Below are positions 19,550-29,066 of a DNA stretch of 64,000 bases, in pieces. Under the pieces are notes generated by a model. It ran no database searches. It was not told where the DNA came from and saw nothing but the letters and a program-made list of their open reading frames with translations. Numbering within the stretch: the stretch's first letter is position 1; each line of letters opens with the position of its first letter. The position numbers and the translations under genes were made by a program. The DNA comes from Caldilineaceae bacterium (GTDB lineage: Bacteria > Chloroflexota > Anaerolineae > Caldilineales > Caldilineaceae). The DNA lies in contig OZ244818.1 of the NCBI GenBank assembly GCA_965220285.1, forward strand, positions 4,133,629-4,197,628, read 5' to 3'.

Positions 19550-21091
19550 TCAGTTATCTAAACCCTCTTCGGCTCGCTGAACCGCAGCCGATAGCGCTTT
19601 GGCCTTGTTTAGCGTCTCTTCCCACTCATAGGTGGGATCGCTGTCTGCAACAACACCGCCGCCCGCCTGCAGGTAGCAGGTCTTGCCCTGCATCACGATT
19701 GTGCGGATGGCGATGCAGGTGTCCATTGTGCCGTCGTAGTCGATGTAGCCGACCGCGCCCGCATACAGCCCGCGCCGCCGTCCTTCCAACTCTTCAATGA
19801 TTTCCATCGCCCGCACCTTTGGTGCCCCGCTGACTGTGCCTGCCGGAAACGTTGCCTTTAGCAGGCTAATTGCATCGTGTCCGGGCGCCAGCTCCCCCTG
19901 GACATCGCTGACGATGTGCATGACATGGCTGTAGCGTTCGATCACCATCATTTCCGGTACTCTGACTGTGCCATACTTGCACACACGTCCCAGATCGTTG
20001 CGTCCCAAATCGACCAGCATTACGTGCTCGGCCCGCTCCTTGGGATCGTTCAGCAGCCCCTCTGCCAGAGCGTCGTCTTCGGCAGCGCTTTCGCCTCGCC
20101 AGCGCGTTCCCGCAATTGGGTGCAGGAAGGCGCGGCCGTCTTCGAGCCTGACGTGCATTTCCGGGCTGGACCCGATGATCCACAACGGTTCTTCGGTTCC
20201 GGAACTCTCTTCCAAGCCGGCTACGCCGTTGAATTCCAGGAAGTACATATAGGGCGACGGGTTCAACATGCGCAGGGCGCGGTAAATCGCAAACGGCTCC
20301 GCGTCCGTCGAGCGGCTGAGGCGCTGGCTGGGTACGACCTGAAAAATGTCGCCGGCAGCGATATACTCCTTTGCCTGGCGCACAATCTCTTCGTACTCCT
20401 CTTTGGCAAAATTGCTGCGCCACTCGGCCTCACCCTCAACAGGGGAATTCACCGGCGGAGTAAGAGGTTGGCGCACGTCGCTGACAATCGCATCGATGCG
20501 AGAAACTGCATCGGCGTAGGCCGCTTCAATCTGCTCGTCGGTTGTCAGGTCCTGACCTGGCGTCTGCATGTTGGCGATGACGAGCAATTTGTGTTGCACA
20601 TGGTCGAAGACCACGAGGTTGTCGCTGAAAAGCAACAACATGTCCGGTATGGCCAGCTTTCTCTTGGCTGTAGTAGGCAGACGCTCGACGAAGCGCACGG
20701 TGTCGTATCCAAAGTAGCCGACCGCCCCTCCAGAAAAGCGAGGCAGCCCTGGGACCTCCACCGGGCAGCGTTCTGCCAAGAGGCTGCGCACAGCCTCGAA
20801 CGGGTCGCCATTCCGGCGTTCCAGCTCGGCGCCGTCGGTCCCGCCGATGACCAGCCTGTCCCCTTGTGCGCACAGTGTTAGCGGCGGACGCACACCCAGG
20901 AAGCTGTACCGGCCAACCTGCTCCCCTTTCACCACCGATTCCAGCAGAAAAGAAGGGCCGCCGTTGCGCAATTTCAGGTAGACAGAGACCGGTGTCTCCA
21001 GGTCGGCAGGCAGTTCTCGGAACACCGGGATCGTATTGCCGCAGGCCGCGAACTCCCTTACCTCTTCCAGTGAAGGGCTATAGGTTGCCAT
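19550..21091 (-). CDS. trpE: Anthranilate synthase component I
   Basis: Motifs LLESV, NPSPYMYF, GAVGYIDYDG and GGGVVADSDP. Confidence 0.93.
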   Translation of the reverse strand: MATYSPSLEEVREFAACGNTIPVFRELPADLETPVSVYLKLRNGGPSFLLESVVKGEQVGRYSFLGVRPPLTLCAQGDRLVIGGTDGAELERRNGDPFEAVRSLLAERCPVEVPGLPRFSGGAVGYFGYDTVRFVERLPTTAKRKLAIPDMLLLFSDNLVVFDHVQHKLLVIANMQTPGQDLTTDEQIEAAYADAVSRIDAIVSDVRQPLTPPVNSPVEGEAEWRSNFAKEEYEEIVRQAKEYIAAGDIFQVVPSQRLSRSTDAEPFAIYRALRMLNPSPYMYFLEFNGVAGLEESSGTEEPLWIIGSSPEMHVRLEDGRAFLHPIAGTRWRGESAAEDDALAEGLLNDPKERAEHVMLVDLGRNDLGRVCKYGTVRVPEMMVIERYSHVMHIVSDVQGELAPGHDAISLLKATFPAGTVSGAPKVRAMEIIEELEGRRRGLYAGAVGYIDYDGTMDTCIAIRTIVMQGKTCYLQAGGGVVADSDPTYEWEETLNKAKALSAAVQRAEEGLDN

Positions 21092-21134
21092 GTACCCTCT
21101 CCTCTTCCTTCGAATCCTGACCTAGTTTCTATCC

Positions 21135-21565
21135 CAACAAAAAACCCCGTCTCCCATAGCAGTCATAAGCTACTGCTTGAAGGGACGAGGTCCGTCATGA
21201 CGCCCGCGGTGCCACCCTGTTTAGACTGGCGACCTATGAACAACAAAAATCCCTCGCATGAAACGCAAGGGATGCTCGCACCAGTCTCACTCATCGCGCT
21301 CAGACGATATCGGTTGCCTTCGCAGTCGCCTGAGTCACAGCGCCCTGATAACGGTGGCGTCTCCGGATCCGGCTAGTACGTGGCACTTCACTTTAGTGGG
21401 AAGCCAAATGGCCCCAATATCGGTACGTGTCCACAGTTCGCCGTCCAACTCCCCGGTCCATTCACACTCTGCGCCGCTGTCCCGCTTCCACCTGTCCGGG
21501 ACTCTCTGGAGCCCGCTCTGAGCGCTACTATTCCGGTTCACAGTCATTATTGTTCAGTTGTTGCA
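21135..21565 (-). promoter_or_regulatory. T-box riboswitch leader, tryptophan-specific (specifier UGG)
   Basis: Read on the minus strand: AG-bulge AGAGAG (21507-21502); distal loop GGUGGAA (21492-21486) closed by GUCCCG/CGGGAC; specifier loop AAUAGUA / AGAGUGUGAA-UGG-A with UGG at 21460-21458; F-box CCGUUA (21354-21349); T-box GGGUGGCACCGCG (21217-21205); then the terminator. Confidence 0.8.
21139..21190 (-). terminator. Intrinsic terminator (expression platform of the T-box leader)
   Basis: Minus-strand CCUCGUCCC...AGCAG-loop-CUGCU...GGGAGACGGGG followed by UUUUUU (21144-21139). Its 5' arm overlaps the 3' arm needed for the T-box antiterminator. Confidence 0.7.
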
Positions 21566-21569
21566 ACCG

Positions 21570-21598
21570 AATATATCTCAATAGGTACAAACTGTCAA
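21570..21598 (-). promoter_or_regulatory. Sigma-70-type promoter of the trp/aro operon
   Basis: Minus strand: TTGACA (21598-21593), 17-nt spacer, TATATT (21575-21570). Confidence 0.6.
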
Positions 21599-21769
21599 TT
21601 CTCAGTGGCAGTTGTGTCGTAACTCGCTGTAGAGGGCTGGACGACCCACTGATGACACAGTTGTGGTAAGACAGAATGCGGATTCAGGGTCTGGGCCGAG
21701 ATAAGTAGAATCAGCCTGAATTACCGGAATTGGAGGGGGTAGCGGCGCCCCGGATGAAGGGCGCTCGTT

Positions 21770-21820
21770 TCAACGTCTGACGAGAAATCCACGAGAGAAC
21801 ACGAGAGATTGCCCAGACGT
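21770..21820. repeat. 8-bp inverted repeat enclosing three phased ACGAGA direct repeats
   Basis: AACGTCTG (21770-21777) and CAGACGTT (21813-21820) are exact reverse complements. ACGAGA(A/G)A starts at 21779, 21790 and 21800, a spacing of 11 and 10 nt. Confidence 0.4.
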
Positions 21821-21851
21821 TGCCCTTCTTCTAGGCAGCGCAGTCATTCTG

Positions 21852-22316
21852 CTACTTGGGGCTTTCGTTTCGAGGTTTGGGCGCGGGCATCTGGACAAGA
21901 GAAACGTCCGCCTCCTGCAGGAAAAGACGACTGTTCTCGTCCGGGTAAGTGCCGACGTAAACGACTCTTTCTATACCCGCATTGACAATCATCTTGGCAC
22001 AGGTGATGCAAGGCTGGTGGGTCACATAGATCATGCTGCCGGCTGTGCCTACACCGTGGAGCGCGGCCTGAATGATGGCATTCTGTTCGGCATGGAGCGG
22101 ACGCAGGCAGTGGCCGTCTATGATCAGGTGCCCGACATCGTCGCAGTGGGGCAGGCCGGTTGGCGCACCGTTGTAGCCCGTTGTCAGGATTCGTCTGTCG
22201 CGGACGATAACAGCGCCCACGTGGGCGCGATCACAGGTGCTGCGTGTGGCCACGGTGAAGGCGATGTGAAGAAAGTACTCATCCCACGATGGGCGGTTGG
22301 CTTGCGACGAGGTCAT
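21852..22316 (-). CDS. Deoxycytidylate (dCMP) deaminase / ComEB-type cytidine-deoxycytidylate deaminase
   Basis: HAEQNAI and PCITCAKMIVNAGI zinc-binding motifs; 154 aa. Confidence 0.85.
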   Translation of the reverse strand: MTSSQANRPSWDEYFLHIAFTVATRSTCDRAHVGAVIVRDRRILTTGYNGAPTGLPHCDDVGHLIIDGHCLRPLHAEQNAIIQAALHGVGTAGSMIYVTHQPCITCAKMIVNAGIERVVYVGTYPDENSRLFLQEADVSLVQMPAPKPRNESPK

Positions 22317-22349
22317 TCTCAGAGTTGAGCTCGCTGGCCCTCTGTTCCA

Positions 22350-23111
22350 TCAATCCAAACGGCGTGTTTCCCCCATAGGGATCTTCACCTGTCCGTTGTG
22401 GGCCGGGTCAGGCTGGGGATTGGGCTGCTTAGGAGCAATGTCTTTTTCTTCTTGTGCTTCCCTGTCATGGAGAAGGTCCGCCATGATTCGGAGCGTATCC
22501 TCTTCTGTCGGCGACGCCAGTAGAACAGTTTCCTGAACCGTACGTTCTCTACTGAAGCGTCCGCGCTTGGGGATGAGAATCTCATGTTCGATAGCCAGGC
22601 AAGTCTGTGTCGTGCTTCCGAATCTGACCATGCCATAGCGGACGCTGCGGACAGACTTGGGGAAGAAGAAGACGTACCACATCCCAACATCCTTTTCGGG
22701 CCACTCCGCCAGCAGAAAGCGTTTAGGCTGTACGAGACAGATCACAGCGTGTTCCCGGGTCGCAAACGTGCGGAAATACCCCTGTAACCAGGTAAACCGT
22801 TCGCTTTTCTCCTCGACTGTGAAGTATCCACTGGCGTGGATCGGCACGCTGTCCTTAGGGGCCAATGGCTGCGGCGTGACCGAAGGTGTCGCCAGTTCGC
22901 GAAACTGTACGTAGTCCCGGCTACGCCAGTGGCGGCGAAGCCAGATAAAGGAAACGAACAGGACAAGGCAAATCCCCGTCGTAAGGAATCGACCGGGTAC
23001 GAACCCAAAACCGGCCATAGCGCCGATGACCAGAAGCAGGCCGTCTATCCAGCGGACGGCCGGTGTTCCGGCTAGCATCATGCGGTCAAGGTGATATAGC
23101 AGACGGGACAC
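22350..23111 (-). CDS. Hypothetical membrane protein (2 N-terminal TM segments plus a soluble domain)
   Basis: ORF length and the hydrophobic N-terminus LLLVIGAMAGFGF / GICLVLFVSFIW. No family recognised. Confidence 0.5.
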   Translation of the reverse strand: MSRLLYHLDRMMLAGTPAVRWIDGLLLVIGAMAGFGFVPGRFLTTGICLVLFVSFIWLRRHWRSRDYVQFRELATPSVTPQPLAPKDSVPIHASGYFTVEEKSERFTWLQGYFRTFATREHAVICLVQPKRFLLAEWPEKDVGMWYVFFFPKSVRSVRYGMVRFGSTTQTCLAIEHEILIPKRGRFSRERTVQETVLLASPTEEDTLRIMADLLHDREAQEEKDIAPKQPNPQPDPAHNGQVKIPMGETRRLD

Positions 23112-23236
23112 GATTTAGTCTGTGCCTGCGATCTAATGGGTCAGAGGAGATTACTATGTGAGAAGACCTCGCCCAACTGGGCGAGGCCAGGCTACAGCAA
23201 GGACAAGCTGGTCTGGTTGCGGGCGAGTTGGCCCTG

Positions 23237-25201
23237 TCAGGCTGGTGCGGGCAATGTCCCTCCGCTCAAGTCCAGTCCCTGATCACGGCTATCTTCCTCC
23301 TGAGACCGTTCGCTGCCGTCTCTCTCGGAGGTCGGTGTGCCGCTGGTCTGTCGTGTCTCGATGTCGTCAAGCGATTGGAATGGGTCTTCGCCGCGCATGA
23401 TGGCCTCGAACTCCGAAGCATGCAAAGTCTCCTGCTCCAGCAGAGCCGCCGCCACAGCATCAAGGCGGTCCTCGTAGGAGGTCAGAATCTCGTGGCAGCG
23501 GCGGTGCGCCTCGTCAACCAGGTTGCGAACCTCTTCATCGATCTCCTGCGCAACCTTGTCGCTGTAATTACGAGTCTCGGCGATTCCTCGCCCCAGGAAA
23601 ACCATCTCTTCGCGTTCACCGTATTGGACCGGGCCAAGCGTCTCGCTCATACCCCACTGAGTAATCATCAAGCGCGCCATGTTCGTAACGCGTTCCAAAT
23701 CGTTGCTGGCCCCGGTTGTGATATCCTCGAACCGGATTTCCTCCGCGACCCGCCCCCCCAACAGCGCCGCAAGTTCATCACGGAACTTGTCTCTGGTGCT
23801 TAGGTTGGACTCTTCCTCAGGCAAGGGCATCGTATAGCCGCCTGCCATGCCCCTGGGCACGATGGTCACCTTGTGTACAGGATCATGTTTGGGAAGTACG
23901 TGCATCGCTACGGCGTGCCCGGCTTCATGATAGGCGATGATCTCCTTTTCCTTGGGAGACATAACGCGGCTGCGCCGCTCGGGGCCGGCAATGACCCGCT
24001 CGATCGCTTCCTGGAATTCAGCCAGACCAATCGAGCGTCGATTGCGGCGGGCAGCCAGAATCGCTGCTTCATTCACAAGATTCTCGATGTCGGCGCCGAC
24101 GAACCCGGGCGTCTGCTTGGCAACCACTTCCAAATCGATGTCGGTTGCCAGCGGCTTGCCTTTCACATGGACATCCAGAATCTGGCGCCGGCCCTTGACA
24201 TCGGGCGAATCCATCATCACCCTGCGGTCGAAGCGGCCGGGCCGCAACAGCGCCGGGTCCAGGATATCCGGCCTGTTGGTTGCGGCGATGATGATGATAT
24301 TGACATCCGTATCAAAACCATCCATCTCGACCAGGATCTGATTGAGAGTCTGCTCGCGTTCGTCGTGGGATCCGCCAAGACCTGCGCCGCGGTGCCGGCC
24401 CACGGCGTCGATCTCGTCGATGAATATAATGCAGGGAGAGTTTTTCTTGGCCTGTTCAAACAGGTCCCGCACACGGCTGGCCCCAACGCCAACAAACATT
24501 TCCACAAACTCGGAGCCGCTAATGTTGAAGAAAGGTACACCTGCTTCACCGGAAACTGCCTTCGCCATCAACGTCTTGCCGGTTCCGGGCGGCCCGACCA
24601 GCAACACACCCTTTGGAATGCGGGCGCCGAGAGACGCGAACTTTTGCGGCTCTTTGAGGAATTCAACCACTTCCTCCAGGTCCTGTCTGGCCTCTTCATT
24701 GCCTGCCACGTCCCCGAAGTTGACAGTAGGTTTGTCACCCGTGAACATGCGCGCTTTGCTCTTGCTGAAACTAAAGGCCTGATTGCCAGCGCCCTGGGCC
24801 TGGCGCAATATAAAGATGAAAAAGACGGCGATCAGCAGGATTGGCAACAGAGCGAGCAGGATGCTACCGTACACCTCCCATCCGCTGGGGGCTTCGATCT
24901 GCACATTGACGGCCGACAGCTGGTCTTCGGTTACGCCCAGATTCTCGAGTGTCTCGACCAAACCGACACCGGTCTCTTTACGCGAACCAATTAACTTACC
25001 GCCGGAATAGGCGAATACCTCGTCACCGTCAACGTGAATTTCTTGAACGTTGCCGCCGCGGACCAGGGACGCGATCTCAGCGATGGAAACGTTTGCCGAG
25101 ATGTTGTTGCCCTGGTTGCTCAGGACGATATAAAGAAACGCGCCGAGAGCTACTACCAGGAGGAAGTAGATCATGCCGTTTCGAACTCGTTTGGAATCCA
25201 T
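23237..25201 (-). CDS. ftsH: ATP-dependent zinc metalloprotease FtsH
   Basis: Walker [14 protein letters not shown], the AAA second region of homology, zinc site HEAGHAV, and two N-terminal TM segments. Confidence 0.95.
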   Translation of the reverse strand: MDSKRVRNGMIYFLLVVALGAFLYIVLSNQGNNISANVSIAEIASLVRGGNVQEIHVDGDEVFAYSGGKLIGSRKETGVGLVETLENLGVTEDQLSAVNVQIEAPSGWEVYGSILLALLPILLIAVFFIFILRQAQGAGNQAFSFSKSKARMFTGDKPTVNFGDVAGNEEARQDLEEVVEFLKEPQKFASLGARIPKGVLLVGPPGTGKTLMAKAVSGEAGVPFFNISGSEFVEMFVGVGASRVRDLFEQAKKNSPCIIFIDEIDAVGRHRGAGLGGSHDEREQTLNQILVEMDGFDTDVNIIIIAATNRPDILDPALLRPGRFDRRVMMDSPDVKGRRQILDVHVKGKPLATDIDLEVVAKQTPGFVGADIENLVNEAAILAARRNRRSIGLAEFQEAIERVIAGPERRSRVMSPKEKEIIAYHEAGHAVAMHVLPKHDPVHKVTIVPRGMAGGYTMPLPEEESNLSTRDKFRDELAALLGGRVAEEIRFEDITTGASNDLERVTNMARLMITQWGMSETLGPVQYGEREEMVFLGRGIAETRNYSDKVAQEIDEEVRNLVDEAHRRCHEILTSYEDRLDAVAAALLEQETLHASEFEAIMRGEDPFQSLDDIETRQTSGTPTSERDGSERSQEEDSRDQGLDLSGGTLPAPA

Positions 25202-25294
25202 AGGTCCTCTTAGGGTCCGCGGGGTCCGAACAGTCAGCCAAATCGACTTCTTGGGCCTCTACGTCCGATCTGGACCCTCCACTGCCCCGCGCAA

Positions 25295-25323
25295 AGTCTA
25301 GCATAGTGAAAACACAGCGTCAA
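25295..25323 (-). promoter_or_regulatory. Candidate promoter for ftsH
   Basis: Minus strand: TTGACG (25323-25318), 17-nt spacer, TAGACT (25300-25295), about 95 nt upstream of the ftsH ATG. Confidence 0.4.
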
Positions 25324-25433
25324 ATAGTCCGGATACAGGCTGTGCCCCTTTGTCAAGGGCGAAAAATGTAGCCGAAATATGCATCCATTGTGCCGCAGCA
25401 GCGCCTCACGTGCAGTAAGACTGCATCCACCTT

Positions 25434-26291
25434 TCAGTCTGGCCGCAAGGTGAGAAGCGTGATCTCCGGGCGGCAGTTAAAGCGGAAAGGGAGAGGCCAG
25501 ACTCCCAGACCGCGGTTGGTATAGAGTTGGAAACTTCCAACGCGATAGTGACCGATGGGGTATGTAGTTGCCATATGAGGCAGTAGCGGCGCACGCGTCG
25601 CCAAACCGTTGCCATCGGGCCGCGTGCTAGGTATCCGAACCTGACCGCCGTGGCTGTGCCCGCTCAGTTGCAGGGCGACCGGCAGTTTCTCCCCACGAAT
25701 GGTATCGAAGTAGTCGGGCTCGTGACAGAGGAGAAGATTCGTGTAGTCGGACGGTGAACCGGCCAATGCAAGATGCGGTCGGGGATGTCCCGACCAGGCG
25801 TCGTCCAGCCCTGCGATCATGAGCCCGGGCGCGGCCTCCCTGCTCTGATTGACCAGAAGTGTAACCGGTGTCTCGGCCAGAGCGGCTCCCACGGCATCGC
25901 GATCGGTCCAGAGATCGTGGTTGCCGTACACCGCATAGGCGGGAGGCTCCAGCATCCTCAAGGGTTCAATCAGGCCTGCAGAAAAACGAGCCTCGTGCCC
26001 TACGTAGTCGCCGGTTAGGACGACAATGTCGGGCCGCAATTCGTTGACACGGGTGACTGCAGCCATCAACAGTTCCACCGCAGTGAAACGGCTGAGATGA
26101 ATGTCAGAGAGCTGGGCGATTCGTAAGCCGGACAGTCGTTCCGCCAGACGCTGGAGACGGAACGTCCTCTCTTCAACGTCGACCCATGACCGCTCCAGCA
26201 AACCTCCGTATCCGATGCCTGCAGCGCCAACCAAAGCCGCTGAGCCGGCCAATTGCAGGAACCTGCGCCGGGTCAACATGAAGTGTGACAT
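25434..26291 (-). CDS. Metallophosphoesterase with a twin-arginine signal peptide
   Basis: TRRRFLQLAGSAAL signal, plus the calcineurin-like motifs LTGDYVGH, GNHD and GHSHGG. Confidence 0.8.
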   Translation of the reverse strand: MSHFMLTRRRFLQLAGSAALVGAAGIGYGGLLERSWVDVEERTFRLQRLAERLSGLRIAQLSDIHLSRFTAVELLMAAVTRVNELRPDIVVLTGDYVGHEARFSAGLIEPLRMLEPPAYAVYGNHDLWTDRDAVGAALAETPVTLLVNQSREAAPGLMIAGLDDAWSGHPRPHLALAGSPSDYTNLLLCHEPDYFDTIRGEKLPVALQLSGHSHGGQVRIPSTRPDGNGLATRAPLLPHMATTYPIGHYRVGSFQLYTNRGLGVWPLPFRFNCRPEITLLTLRPD

Positions 26292-26410
26292 TCCCTTGGG
26301 GCGGCTTCTGGAAGCCTACGGAAGGCCGGACCAAGCCTTTGGCTGCACAAATGCGGCCTTTTGCAATGGTAGTTTGGGATCTGTAGCCCGCGAGTGGAGT
26401 TGCTGCCCTA

Positions 26411-27394
26411 CTACTCCAGATCGATCCGGTAGAGCGGCTCAAGACCGGCGGCTACGCGGTCCACATTGTCGGCGGCGCACTGCGCTCGTTTACGAGACGT
26501 GCCGTCGGTTACCCCTGCCGTATGTGGCGTAGCTATGACGTTCGGCAGCCTGAAGAAAGGTGAACTGAGGTCCGGGGGCTCCTGGCTATAGGCGTCGATG
26601 CCGGCGCCCCCCAATTTGTCGTCTAGCAGTGCCTGTGTCAGCGCCTGTTCATCGATTAACGCGCCGCGTGCGACGTTTATGATGTAGGCCGTCGGCTTCA
26701 TCAGCCCCAACATACGGGCGTCGATGATATGGTGGGTCTCACTGTTCAGGTGCAGGTGAAGCGATAGGATGTCCGATTCGGCAACCACCTCTTCGAGGTC
26801 GTCAGGCGTGCCCACAAAAGTTAGGCCGAACTCCCGCCGCTCCTCGTCGCTGACCTCCCGTATGTCGATGGCCGCGATTTTCATCCCAAACGGCATCGCG
26901 CGGCGTGCCAGCTCGATGCCGCTGGCCCCAAAGCCGATGATGCCCAGCTGCAGCCCTTCTAATTCCAGGCCCATCGGTTCGTATAGCTCACCTTCATCCA
27001 GAAGCGTGCGCGCTTCAGGATAGCGGCGTGTTAACATCAGAATGAACATCATAGCGGTCTCGGCCAGCGCTACCGCGCTGAAAGCACCTGGGCAGTTGGC
27101 CACCGGAATGCCCTTTGTCTTCCAGTAATCCAGGTCGAAGTGATCGAAGCCCGTCCCCAGGATCTGCCACAAGCGCGCGTCGGTGGCAGCGTCTACCATC
27201 TCTCGCGTTCCAGCCGAACCGCCGTGGTCAATGACTGCATCCATGCCTTCGAACTGGGGCGCCAACGGTTTGTCGTAATCCAATACATGCATGTTGTGGT
27301 TGCGGCTGACAGCCTTTACCACGTCCATGCCCCACGGATTAAACATCGAGACTTTGACTGGATGGGGCAAAAAGATGACGTTCAATTGCTTCAT
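26411..27394 (-). CDS. D-isomer-specific 2-hydroxyacid dehydrogenase family protein
   Basis: GIIGFGASGIELARR NAD site, NVARGALID and TPHTAGVT. ATG 27394 is chosen because the ORF-track start 27574 overlaps the upstream SDR gene. Confidence 0.85.
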   Translation of the reverse strand: MKQLNVIFLPHPVKVSMFNPWGMDVVKAVSRNHNMHVLDYDKPLAPQFEGMDAVIDHGGSAGTREMVDAATDARLWQILGTGFDHFDLDYWKTKGIPVANCPGAFSAVALAETAMMFILMLTRRYPEARTLLDEGELYEPMGLELEGLQLGIIGFGASGIELARRAMPFGMKIAAIDIREVSDEERREFGLTFVGTPDDLEEVVAESDILSLHLHLNSETHHIIDARMLGLMKPTAYIINVARGALIDEQALTQALLDDKLGGAGIDAYSQEPPDLSSPFFRLPNVIATPHTAGVTDGTSRKRAQCAADNVDRVAAGLEPLYRIDLE

Positions 27395-27464
27395 AATGGG
27401 ATCACCTGCGCTATGGTGGCAGGCTGTGGCGCCCACCTTGGTTGGATTCTGACTGGTCGGAGTC

Positions 27465-28214
27465 CTAAAGAGTCGTAAAGCCGCCGTCGGCCACAAGTAC
27501 CGAGCCGGTAACGAAAGAGGCTTCATCGCTGGCCAGAAAAAGTGCGGCTGGGGCGATTTCGCTTGGCGCGGCAAATCGTTTTAGCAGATTCGCTTCACGG
27601 TAAGGCGCCAGTTTTTCTTCAGGTATCGTCTCTGTCAGCGGCGTGTTCATCGAGCCGGGACAGACGGCATTCACGCGAATGTTGTCAACTGCGTGGTCGA
27701 CCGCCATAGAGCGCACAAGGCCGATGACGCCGTGCTTGCTGGCGTTATATGACGCCTGCAGCCCGTTGCCGACCAGGCCCGACAGCGAGGAGATGCAAAT
27801 GATGTTGCCGCCGCCCTGTTGACGCATCTGAGCAACCGCGTATTTCGAACACAGAAACATGCTCTTCAAGTTCGTGTCAACGACAAAGTCCCACTCGTCT
27901 TCACTGGTATCGACCACATCTTTGTTGATCTGTACGCCTACGTTGTTGACCAGAATATCCAGCCGGCCGAATGCCTCTACCGCGTCGCGCGTCAGGCGTT
28001 CCGCATCCTGCCGCAGCCGCACGTCCATCTGCACAAGGGCTGCCTCTCCGCCCTTTGCCCGGATCAACTCTACCGTTTCCTGGCCCTTCTCCTCGTTGAT
28101 TTCGCCCACCACGACCCGTGCGCCCTCGCTGGCGAACAGCGTGGCTACCGCCTGTCCCAGCCCCATACCAGCGCCTGTGATCGCCGCTACTTTACCTTGC
28201 AGCCGATGTGCCAT
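27465..28214 (-). CDS. Short-chain dehydrogenase/reductase (SDR)
   Basis: TGAGMGLG cofactor motif and the YNASK catalytic pair. Confidence 0.88.
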   Translation of the reverse strand: MAHRLQGKVAAITGAGMGLGQAVATLFASEGARVVVGEINEEKGQETVELIRAKGGEAALVQMDVRLRQDAERLTRDAVEAFGRLDILVNNVGVQINKDVVDTSEDEWDFVVDTNLKSMFLCSKYAVAQMRQQGGGNIICISSLSGLVGNGLQASYNASKHGVIGLVRSMAVDHAVDNIRVNAVCPGSMNTPLTETIPEEKLAPYREANLLKRFAAPSEIAPAALFLASDEASFVTGSVLVADGGFTTL

Positions 28215-28230
28215 CCCGAGTACACCTTGG

Positions 28231-29028
28231 TCAATATGGAAGAAGACCGCCGCTCACGTTGTACGTCTGGCCGGTCATGTAACTCGCATCGTCAGAAGCC
28301 AGAAAAGCAACCACGTTGGCGACATCTTCCGGCTGCTGGATGCGGCCCACAGGTATGCCGGCGACCGCTTCCGCCTTAACCGCACCGATCTCCACCCCCC
28401 GACGCGCCGCAGTCTCGCGGTCGATCAGGTCCCACATTGGCGTATCGACAATGCCGGCGCACACGCAGTTTACCAGGATCCCGTACTCGGAAAGCTCCAA
28501 CCCCATCTGCTTGGTCAGCGCAACAACGGCATGTTTGCTGGCGGCGTAGGCCCCCAAAGGAATGCCTTTGCCAGGCGCGATTTTGCCCGCCCCCGATGCG
28601 TTGTTGATGATACGCCCGCCGCCCCCCTGCTCGATCATCTGGCGCGCCCCTGCTTGTGAGCACAACAACACGCTCTTGGCGTTTACGTTCATCAGGGCAT
28701 CCCACGTTTTCTCATCCGTCTCCAGCAATGGCGCAACCGCACCTATGCCGGCGTTGTTCACGAGAATCTGCAAGCTTCCAAACTGCTCGCAGGTCTCGGC
28801 CACCATCCGCTCCACCTCTTCTTTGCTTGTCACGTCGGCCTGGTGCGCAAAGGACTGGCCGGCCATCTCCTGAATCTCGGCAGCCACCTGCGCGGCCGTT
28901 TCACCATCCAGGTCTGCAACCGTCACCAGACAGCCCTCGCGCGCCAAACGCAAGGCTATGGCCCTTCCGATGCCTCGCCCGGCCCCGGTGACAATCGCGA
29001 CCTGACCGTCAAGGTTGTAGCGCGGCAT
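28231..29028 (-). CDS. Short-chain dehydrogenase/reductase (SDR)
   Basis: TGAGRGIG cofactor motif and the YAASK catalytic pair. Confidence 0.88.
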   Translation of the reverse strand: MPRYNLDGQVAIVTGAGRGIGRAIALRLAREGCLVTVADLDGETAAQVAAEIQEMAGQSFAHQADVTSKEEVERMVAETCEQFGSLQILVNNAGIGAVAPLLETDEKTWDALMNVNAKSVLLCSQAGARQMIEQGGGGRIINNASGAGKIAPGKGIPLGAYAASKHAVVALTKQMGLELSEYGILVNCVCAGIVDTPMWDLIDRETAARRGVEIGAVKAEAVAGIPVGRIQQPEDVANVVAFLASDDASYMTGQTYNVSGGLLPY

Positions 29029-29066
29029 AGGCTACCTCCCGCAGAATTTACCTGACACCATTCGCC

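Noticed and set aside
18392-20881. Long + strand ORFs (338 aa at 18392-19408; 334 aa at 19877-20881) antisense to trpS and trpE. There are similar antisense ORFs at 23873-24994 (ftsH), 37063-37854 (SBP), 47813-48670 (mutS), 48592-49665 (CHAT) and 60369-61028 (S41 peptidase).
   Set aside because: These are typical shadow ORFs of GC-rich DNA. They have Arg/Ala/Pro/Gly-rich, low-information translations with no motifs. Each fully overlaps an opposite-strand gene that carries unmistakable family signatures.
21258-21669. Several 70-87-aa ORFs on both strands between trpE and the dCMP deaminase gene.
   Set aside because: The T-box leader RNA and its promoter account for the region. The ORFs have no ribosome-binding sites and their composition is not protein-like.
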